A DNA stretch of 32,000 bases from Promethearchaeia archaeon (lineage in GTDB: Archaea > Asgardarchaeota > Lokiarchaeia > Sigyniarchaeales > SOKP01), in contig JAWOFX010000057.1 in the NCBI GenBank assembly GCA_046497275.1, positions 90,001 to 122,000 of the forward strand, read 5' to 3'. Within the stretch, counting starts at the first letter, position 1. The number at the start of each line of letters is the position of its first letter. Of the stretch, positions 9,214 to 16,906 are shown piece after piece. The translations under genes and the position numbers were made by a program. Under the pieces are notes generated by a model that did no database searches, was not told the DNA's origin, and worked only from the letters and a program-made list of their open reading frames with translations.

Positions 9214-9408
9214 AAATGCTTTCACATAATTGAAAATTAATTAAATCTAATCTTGGTTAAATTATATCTTTAAGAATTTTTTTTAAAATTTCATTGAATG
9301 TTGATTTATTTTTAATTTATTTGAGTAATTTGCATTCCATATTTTAAGAAAAGATTTAAATGGGAAAAAAAATCATAAAAATATGATATATTATATTAAG
9401 GATCTTTT

Positions 9409-10614
9409 ATGTATTTTATATTTATAAATATAATAAGCCTTATTATTGGCTATTTTATTGGTTCCATTAATCCTGCTTATATTTTTGGAAAATTAAAAGG
9501 TATAGACATAAGAGAAGTTGGAACTAAAAATGCTGGAACTACGAATCTTTACCATACTTTTGGGGCAGCTTACGCAGTGCCAACAGCAATTTATGATACT
9601 TTGAAAGGATTATTAGCTATGTCTCTTTCTTGGATTTTGGGGGCGAATTTCATTTTTATGAATCTTAGTGGTCTATTAGTTATTGTAGGACATATATTTC
9701 CATTTTATTTGAAATTTAAGGGAGGACAAGGAGTTGCGACTGCAACTGGTATTATGCTTTTTTATTTGATCGATTATATGTTTTTAATCAATTGGGTTGA
9801 TTTTCTTTTCTTTCTTGCATTTATGCTTATATTGGTTGGAATATTCGCATATGTGACTAAAACTGGCGAATTTTTATCAATTCTCTTATTACCCATATTT
9901 GGTTATTATATATATCTACAATATCCTAATGAACCCTATAATCCATTTTTATGGATCATTCTCTTACATATCATCTCAATCGGGCTGTATAATATAATAA
10001 GCAAAAAATTAATTGTTATAGATGATGAGGGGTTTAAAAAACATAAATGGCGCGTTTTAGCTCGTCCTTTTGCTGTTTTGTTTATTATTTTTCATTACTA
10101 CTTGGATGATGTAGTATCTGTGTCGATTGTTGGTATTGTTGCTTTAGCTTTTATATTTCTTGATATCATAAAAATTTTAAGTAAGCAGACTCAAGATATA
10201 TTCTCAAAAAAAGTAAAAGCCGTGTTTAGAAAAGGTGAATTAACAAAATTCTCCTCCATGACAGCATTTTTAGTTGCAGCTTTTATTACTATGCTTATTT
10301 TTGAGAAAAACATAGCTATTACATCACTCGCTTTTATAATATTTGGAGATATATTCAGTAAAATATTTGGTTTAGGATTTGGAAAAATAAAGATATTTGA
10401 TAAAACGCTGGAAGGGTCTTTAGCTTATTTAGGATGTGTCTTAATTTGTTGCTATGTTCTATATTATACAATAGGAATGAATTTTTATATCTTGTTGATT
10501 GGAGCAATTTCCGCTCCAATAATAGAAATATTTTCGATCAATGTAAACGATAACTTTACCGTACCACTAATTTCTGCCACGGTAATGACTGTTGGTGTCT
10601 TTTTTGGGCTTTAG
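9409..10614 (+). CDS. Fusion: N-terminal PlsY-like acyltransferase + C-terminal CTP-dependent lipid kinase-like domain (dolichol/phytol/Dgk1 family)
   Basis: N half: GYFIGSI, DIREVGTKNAGTTN, DTLKG, GHIFP..LKFKGGQGVAT. C half: GDIFSKIFGLGFGK...KTLEGS and NDNFTVPL. Confidence 0.85.
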   Translation: MYFIFINIISLIIGYFIGSINPAYIFGKLKGIDIREVGTKNAGTTNLYHTFGAAYAVPTAIYDTLKGLLAMSLSWILGANFIFMNLSGLLVIVGHIFPFYLKFKGGQGVATATGIMLFYLIDYMFLINWVDFLFFLAFMLILVGIFAYVTKTGEFLSILLLPIFGYYIYLQYPNEPYNPFLWIILLHIISIGLYNIISKKLIVIDDEGFKKHKWRVLARPFAVLFIIFHYYLDDVVSVSIVGIVALAFIFLDIIKILSKQTQDIFSKKVKAVFRKGELTKFSSMTAFLVAAFITMLIFEKNIAITSLAFIIFGDIFSKIFGLGFGKIKIFDKTLEGSLAYLGCVLICCYVLYYTIGMNFYILLIGAISAPIIEIFSINVNDNFTVPLISATVMTVGVFFGL

Positions 10615-10786
10615 TATCTAAAATTTTATGAATTTTATATTCTAAAAGAACCTCATTAATCTGAAAAAGATCTAAATTGGTAGATTTTAGATGAAGATTT
10701 AAGATTTAATAGGGTATAAATCCTAATTAGATTATTAGCTATAATAATATGTGAAATTAAGAAATTTCAATTAAGTGGTGAGAAAA

Positions 10787-11557
10787 ATGCAAATTGTATT
10801 TCATGAAAAATATTTTAATAGCGATTATGCTATGGATCCCGCGGCAGATGAGGGAAGGATAAGAAGTATTATGAATATTATTTTTAACAAGGATATGTAT
10901 AAGATAATCAAACCAGAACAAGCGTCCGAAGAAGATATTTTGAGAGCACATACTCAACGACATTTAGATTATATTAAAAAAGATAAATTATTATATGAGA
11001 TGGCTTCATTAGCAGCGGGAGGTGCGATACTAGCGGCTGAAGAAGCCACCAAAGGTAATCCTACTTTTGCCGTGATCCGCCCTCCTGGACATCATGCATC
11101 TGCAGACTCCTGTTGGGGATTTTGCTTCTTTAATAACATAAGTATAAGCTTATTAAAGCTTTATTCTGAAAAAAAGATCAAATCTGCCTTTATTTTAGAT
11201 TTTGATCTTCACACTGGAGATGGAAATATAAATATTCTTACTAACAGAAAAGATGATTTTAAAGTTAAAATCCTAAATCCGAGATCAGGGGAAAGAATAG
11301 CTTATCTAAATGAAGTCAGAGAATATATGGAAAATTTAGAAGATATTGATATTTTTGTAGCCTCCGCTGGATTTGATGAAGGGATGGAGGATTGGGGTCA
11401 TAAATTATATCCAGAGGATTATACTCGCTTGGGAGAATTAATGAAGGAGTATTCTGAGCGTATATGTGAGGGGCGCCGTTATGCTCTATTAGAAGGGGGT
11501 TATAATCATTCGGTGCTCGGAAAAAATGTATATGCGTTCTGCCTAGGTTTCCAATGA
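10787..11557 (+). CDS. Zn-dependent histone deacetylase-family amidohydrolase (compact form)
   Basis: RPPGHHA, GFCFFNN, LDFDLHTGDG, SAGFD, LEGGY. ATG at 10787 follows GGTGA SD; the track start is GTG 10775. Confidence 0.9.
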   Translation: MQIVFHEKYFNSDYAMDPAADEGRIRSIMNIIFNKDMYKIIKPEQASEEDILRAHTQRHLDYIKKDKLLYEMASLAAGGAILAAEEATKGNPTFAVIRPPGHHASADSCWGFCFFNNISISLLKLYSEKKIKSAFILDFDLHTGDGNINILTNRKDDFKVKILNPRSGERIAYLNEVREYMENLEDIDIFVASAGFDEGMEDWGHKLYPEDYTRLGELMKEYSERICEGRRYALLEGGYNHSVLGKNVYAFCLGFQ

Positions 11558-11603
11558 TATAATTACAAAAGGTAATGTGCCAAATAATAATAAAAATAAG
11601 CGT

Positions 11604-12134
11604 TTACAATTTTATTTGATCTTCTCCACTATGGTCGTGATCATGATCGCAAGAATCGCAACTTATTCCAAAAAGAAATGGATTTGGTTGAGGATCAGGG
11701 GTTAGATTTGTTTCTCTTATTTTAACTTTGAAATATAAAAGTTTTCCCGCTAAAGGCGGGTTCATATCCACATATATATAATCATCTTCGATTAATCTTA
11801 TCCATCCTAGTGAACTCATCCCATTGGGGGCCATTACTTCAACTTTTTGACCTAATTCTAATTTTTTCTCCCCTTCCACTTTTTGTTTAGGAATTTTTTC
11901 CACTAATAAAGGATTAAATTCTCCATAAGCTTCTTGAGGTGTGAGAGTAAATTCTTTTTCTTCTCCTTTATCCATTCCAATAAGCTGATTTTCAATTGCA
12001 GGAAGTATTTGTCCCGCTCCTATATGTATTTTAACAGGATTTTCTTCTCCATTTTCAGTGGAATAAATAACTCCTCCTTCTTTATCCATTAAAATATAAT
12101 CTATTTTAACAACATCGCCATTTCTTATTACCAT
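11604..12134 (-). CDS. slyD: FKBP-type peptidyl-prolyl isomerase, SlyD-like
   Basis: VKIDY, IGAGQILPAIENQLIGM, LTPQEAYG, VDMNPPLAGKLLYFKV; Cys/His-rich tail. Confidence 0.88.
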   Translation of the reverse strand: MVIRNGDVVKIDYILMDKEGGVIYSTENGEENPVKIHIGAGQILPAIENQLIGMDKGEEKEFTLTPQEAYGEFNPLLVEKIPKQKVEGEKKLELGQKVEVMAPNGMSSLGWIRLIEDDYIYVDMNPPLAGKLLYFKVKIRETNLTPDPQPNPFLFGISCDSCDHDHDHSGEDQIKL

Positions 12135-12368
12135 ACCTTTTACTCCAATATTTATTAGTAACTTAACGATATTTAAATTATTGAATCAGTGCTTAATTTA
12201 TAATCGATTATAAAATAAAAAAATTAATATTTGCTAATTTAATATAACCTATTCGATTATCTAATTACTTTTTAAAATATAAATGATATTTTGTAAAAAA
12301 TTCGTTTTATATTTTGTGATCATCAGATAAATATGAAAATAAAATAAAAAAAAGAAAAAGGATAAAAT

Positions 12369-13691
12369 TCATTTGATATGAAAGAATTTTTCTTCAAATT
12401 CTGGTTTTCCTTTATATTTTTGCATAAATAATAAGGGTGCTTTATCAATATTTTTATAAAAATATGAAGGTACGTGAATTCCTGCCTTTTCTAAGCCATC
12501 TCTAAGATCTTCTACAGAAGGAGGACATCCATTAATAGCAATTAACTCATTAATATTAGGATGGTCACTATGTTTTGAACACTGGCATTGTCCAAGGAGG
12601 ATAGTTTTATTATTTCCTTCAGTGGGTTCCATATTTTTCCCGGTTAATATTTCAATATTATCAAAGGGTTCACCCTTATAAGCTTGCATTATAGCCGTTA
12701 GAACAACTCCATTCAATATAGAACAAAAAGTACACATCGATTCATCATATTTATGATATTTTATTCCTTCTATACCTGCCTTAGCATATGGGAGAGGAAG
12801 AGTATTATTTTCCTTATAAATATAGTCCCACTCATGATGGTTCGCTAAATCTTCGATATTATCACCCAATACTTCTATATCAGATAAATTAGGAGTACGA
12901 CTTCGATCTTCTGCTGCTTGAACTAAATAAGGAACATTTGATGGATCGATACCTAACAAGTTTGCTCCAACTAGATCAGCAGAAAGAATATCTCTGGAAG
13001 CTACTAAAACATTACTCCTATGTGCTTTTCCATCCATCGCAGGGCCTCTTTCAATGGTATAAATTCCATCTAATATTGTCAAACATAGAGGAATTTTGTT
13101 TGCTAGTTGAGCTACATTATAATGTAAATCATGTTCTGGATTTGCACTATGAAATTTTTTTCGAGATGGTATATTTATCAATCCTTTCAAATTTTTGATG
13201 CCTAAGCTCACAACACATTGAGCATGTGTTTTAAGGACTGGTAAATTAACCAAGAAGTCTGAATGGAGCATATCTGCGTTCATTTTTGCGGAAACATTTT
13301 CAGTAAGATAAACTCTTTCGAAAGGTCTATCAAAAGTATTAAGTACTTCTATCCCAAATTTATCTTTTAAAGTATAATACCCTAAGGACTGAAAGGCATC
13401 TTTTACTGTTTCTTCATCATCTTTCTCTTCAGTTATAATTCCTTCTCCAATAGAAATGTTAGAAAAACCATTCTCGACGAGAATCCTTACAACATCCTCC
13501 ACAACTCTGCTCGTAGTTATCATTCCCCATTTGGGAAAATCACAATGGCGGTTCCAATAAACTACATTAGGTTTAATGAAGATTTTTGAATTTTTAGGAA
13601 CATTATCCAATCCATTAATAAGGTCTATTAAATTTTTAACTGATTCATATGGTTCTTTATATTCTAATACAGAAACTTGATATTTTGTCAT
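12369..13691 (-). CDS. DUF362-family protein with Cys-rich C-terminal (Fe-S-like) domain
   Basis: IFIKPN, GEG, NLPVLKTH, SLGIKNLKG, ILDGI, DILSAD; C-terminal CTFC, GQCQC, GCPP. Confidence 0.8.
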   Translation of the reverse strand: MTKYQVSVLEYKEPYESVKNLIDLINGLDNVPKNSKIFIKPNVVYWNRHCDFPKWGMITTSRVVEDVVRILVENGFSNISIGEGIITEEKDDEETVKDAFQSLGYYTLKDKFGIEVLNTFDRPFERVYLTENVSAKMNADMLHSDFLVNLPVLKTHAQCVVSLGIKNLKGLINIPSRKKFHSANPEHDLHYNVAQLANKIPLCLTILDGIYTIERGPAMDGKAHRSNVLVASRDILSADLVGANLLGIDPSNVPYLVQAAEDRSRTPNLSDIEVLGDNIEDLANHHEWDYIYKENNTLPLPYAKAGIEGIKYHKYDESMCTFCSILNGVVLTAIMQAYKGEPFDNIEILTGKNMEPTEGNNKTILLGQCQCSKHSDHPNINELIAINGCPPSVEDLRDGLEKAGIHVPSYFYKNIDKAPLLFMQKYKGKPEFEEKFFHIK

Positions 13692-13908
13692 AATTATTAA
13701 CTCTATATTATTTCAATATTATTATTATTGAATTTAATTCTTAATAAAAAATAAATGATTTAGTTTAATAATGGGTTTTGATATTTTTTTATTTTTTTAA
13801 ATATTTAACAGCAGCTTTCAATGATTTTTTTAGCTATTACAATTCTAAATTAAAGGAAATTAAACTAAAATTCGAAATTTAAAAAAAAGAGAAGTTTAGA
13901 AAGTAAAA

Positions 13909-16797
13909 TTAAAAGATTATATCGTTTTTTCGCCCATAATATTTTACAATTTCAAAAGAAATTATGCAGATTAAAGAGATTAGAAAACATACTAACCAAT
14001 CTTGCCAGGTAAGAAACATAAACATAAAATTTATACCTACTGCTGCTAGGGTAGTCTGGACTCCAGGTATGTAAATTAACATTATCAGAATCGCAAATAG
14101 AAATCCCGTAATAGAAAACATTAGCCGAGTTCTATCTTCCTTCAAGCTTTTTAATAAGGATTTATTGGGCCTTCTTATTTGAAATACTAAAGAAGTTTCA
14201 CAGAAAAATAGTGTCACCATCAACATTGTTAATGTTTTACCATTTATTCGATCTGTGAGAGTTCCAAATTCGCTACCACTTGTGTAAAGATAAAAATCAT
14301 TCCATTCTCCGAATTCATAATTTTCGGGAAATAAAGGGTAGGCCCCTGTAATAGTTATGAAATAGACTAACAACATCGAAATTGTTAATAAAATCCCGAA
14401 TGCGAATAATAGAAGAATTGTGTTTTTGGAAAGTATTTCCTCAGAGTTTCGGGGTTTTTCATTCATTACGTCACCTGAGGTTTTATCAAATGTTAATATT
14501 AACCCTGGAAATGTATGGAGCGTAATTGAAAGAAATATCCATTGAAAATAAAATATCTCTGGTTTAAGAAAATATGGTAATTCAAAAATGACAGCGAGAA
14601 TAAATTGAACAATTCCTTCAAATAAATTAATACAAATATAGAAAAATACAATCGCACGAATCTTTGAAAAAATACCCCTTCCTTTTTGGATACCAGTTAC
14701 AATTGAATTAAAAGAATCATCTGAAATTACCATATCTGAAGCTTCTTTTGCTACATCCGTTCCTTGAATTCCCATCGCAATACCAACATCAGCCATATTT
14801 AATGCTAGAGAATCATTAACTCCATCTCCAGTCATGGCTACCACTCGATTTTCCTCTTTATATCTCTTAATGATATCTTCTTTATTTTTCGGGGATACAC
14901 GAGCAAAAACTTTTACGTGATTAAATTCTTCTGATGATTCTAATTCATTTATTTGGCTCCCCTCAATAACTTTGTCATTCTCATTTTTTATTATTGATAT
15001 TTGTTTTGCTATAGCTTCAGCTGTAATCTTTGAATCTCCTGTGATCATCAAAGTTTTAACTCCTGCTTTTTCACATGTTTCCACAGATTCTCTTACTCCT
15101 TCTCTTGGAGGGTCTAAAATAGTGACGAATCCTAAATAAACCATATCCGATTCAAATTTATCTCTATTCTCATCCGAGAGTTCAGGCAACATATAAAAAT
15201 CTTTATAACAAAAACTTAATACACGATAACCTTGTGAGGCATAACTCTGGATTAGATCATTTACTTCTTTTCTCAGTTCATCAGTAAATTCTTTTTCAGT
15301 ACCTTTATAACAGATTTGATTACATCTCGGTATAAGTATTTCACTTGCTCCTTTGGAAAATGAATAATTTTTTTCATCTTTTTTATATATTTTAGTCATT
15401 CTTTTTATCGAAGAATCAAATGGATATTCTTTCACGAAATCATAATCTTCTAAAAGATAATCTCCCATAATCTTTTGAAAAAGAACTACTAAAGCCCCCT
15501 CAGTTGGAGATCCAATTACTTTCCAGTTATTGATAATTTTAGCCCCTTTTCCCGAACTTTCAATCTCTGACTTGACAAGGGCAGAATTATTGTTCAAAAA
15601 TCCAGAAATTAATAATAATTTTAAAAAGGGATAATCTTCGATATGCTTAATATAACTTGGGTTTTTTTTATCATCAATATTAACGATCTCTCCTTCTGGT
15701 TTGTATCCACTTCCTGTGATCTTAAAAATTGAACCATTTGAATAAATATGTTGTACAGCCATTTGATTTTTAGTTAAAGTGCCCGTTTTGTCTGAGCAGA
15801 CTACGCTTACTCTGCCAAGACTGTCTACAGATGCTAGGTTTCTAATTATCACCCCTTCACGAGCCATAGCTAAAACACCTGTTAGTAAAACAATTGTAAT
15901 TAATAAGGGTATATTAATTGGGAGTATATCTAAGGCTGAGTTCAAACTTATCACAATCTCATTCTCAGTAAAGCCTCTTGTGACCCATTTAAAGAATAAA
16001 ATAACTAGCCAAAGCACAATTACAGCAATACCCAGCCATTTCCCAAAATGATTCATTTTTTTTTGAATAGGGATTTCAGTGGTTCCTGCCTTCTTTAAGC
16101 CCTCAGATATCTTTCCTATCTCTGTTTCCCCGCCAATTTTTACAGAAATCGCTCTTCCATTTCCCATAGTGACATATGTTCCATAGAATATCATATTCTT
16201 TCTGTCTTGGATTGGTCTTGTATCTTCTATTGCTTTTCCTTCTGAATCCTTTTTTACCGGTTCACTTTCTCCAGTTAATGATGCTTCATTTAATTCTAGA
16301 TTAGTGCCTGAAACAATTCTAGCATCTGCCGGTATCTTATCTCCTTGATTAATAACTAACAAATCTCCTTTAGTAACTTCTCGAGTTGGGATTTCCATTT
16401 TCTTCCCTTCTCGTATAACAGTGGTGGTGGGAGCAGCTAACTCTTGTAAAGCTTTTAGTTTTTTCTGAGCTCTAAATTGCTGAATAATGGCAACCAAGCA
16501 ATTTAATAGAACTATTCCTAATGTTAAAGCAACAATTAAAAGATTTCCCCTAAATCCAAGAAGACTTGCTAATAATAATATTAATGCTCCTAATAAATAA
16601 ATAACAATTAACCAATTGAATAAGGGCGCTAAATAAATCTTTACGAAACTTCTCTTATATTCTGGAAGTTCATTATATCCATATTGCTGAATTCTCTCTT
16701 GAACTTGTTTCTCGGTGAGACCTTTTGTAGGATCTGTATCGAGTTCTTCATAAAGACTATCTAAACGTAATTTATAATAATTTTGATCAATTTCCAT
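13909..16797 (-). CDS. P-type ATPase, P2A-like scaffold with non-canonical transport site (paralog 1)
   Basis: LTGES, phosphorylation site DKTGTLT, KGASE, DPPREGV, MITGD, MTGDGVND; TM4 reads DILPINIP instead of AIPEGLP. Confidence 0.93.
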   Translation of the reverse strand: MEIDQNYYKLRLDSLYEELDTDPTKGLTEKQVQERIQQYGYNELPEYKRSFVKIYLAPLFNWLIVIYLLGALILLLASLLGFRGNLLIVALTLGIVLLNCLVAIIQQFRAQKKLKALQELAAPTTTVIREGKKMEIPTREVTKGDLLVINQGDKIPADARIVSGTNLELNEASLTGESEPVKKDSEGKAIEDTRPIQDRKNMIFYGTYVTMGNGRAISVKIGGETEIGKISEGLKKAGTTEIPIQKKMNHFGKWLGIAVIVLWLVILFFKWVTRGFTENEIVISLNSALDILPINIPLLITIVLLTGVLAMAREGVIIRNLASVDSLGRVSVVCSDKTGTLTKNQMAVQHIYSNGSIFKITGSGYKPEGEIVNIDDKKNPSYIKHIEDYPFLKLLLISGFLNNNSALVKSEIESSGKGAKIINNWKVIGSPTEGALVVLFQKIMGDYLLEDYDFVKEYPFDSSIKRMTKIYKKDEKNYSFSKGASEILIPRCNQICYKGTEKEFTDELRKEVNDLIQSYASQGYRVLSFCYKDFYMLPELSDENRDKFESDMVYLGFVTILDPPREGVRESVETCEKAGVKTLMITGDSKITAEAIAKQISIIKNENDKVIEGSQINELESSEEFNHVKVFARVSPKNKEDIIKRYKEENRVVAMTGDGVNDSLALNMADVGIAMGIQGTDVAKEASDMVISDDSFNSIVTGIQKGRGIFSKIRAIVFFYICINLFEGIVQFILAVIFELPYFLKPEIFYFQWIFLSITLHTFPGLILTFDKTSGDVMNEKPRNSEEILSKNTILLLFAFGILLTISMLLVYFITITGAYPLFPENYEFGEWNDFYLYTSGSEFGTLTDRINGKTLTMLMVTLFFCETSLVFQIRRPNKSLLKSLKEDRTRLMFSITGFLFAILIMLIYIPGVQTTLAAVGINFMFMFLTWQDWLVCFLISLICIISFEIVKYYGRKNDIIF

Positions 16798-16841
16798 AGA
16801 GATCTACTTTAATGTTTATTTAAACTATATAAGAACATAAG

Positions 16842-16879
16842 TTATCTTTTAATAATGATAATAAGACTATAAAAGATAA
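16842..16879. repeat. Perfect 10-bp inverted repeat, 18-nt spacer, between the tandem ATPases
   Basis: TTATCTTTTA (16842-16851) / TAAAAGATAA (16870-16879). Confidence 0.5.
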
Positions 16880-16906
16880 GTTTTAAAAATTTTTAGAAAA
16901 ATACTA

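Noticed and set aside
8165-13730. Identical 16-mer AATATTATTATTATTG at 8165-8180 and 13715-13730, upstream of kbl and the DUF362 gene
   Set aside because: Essentially an (ATT)n microsatellite in very AT-rich spacers, at different distances from the start codons.
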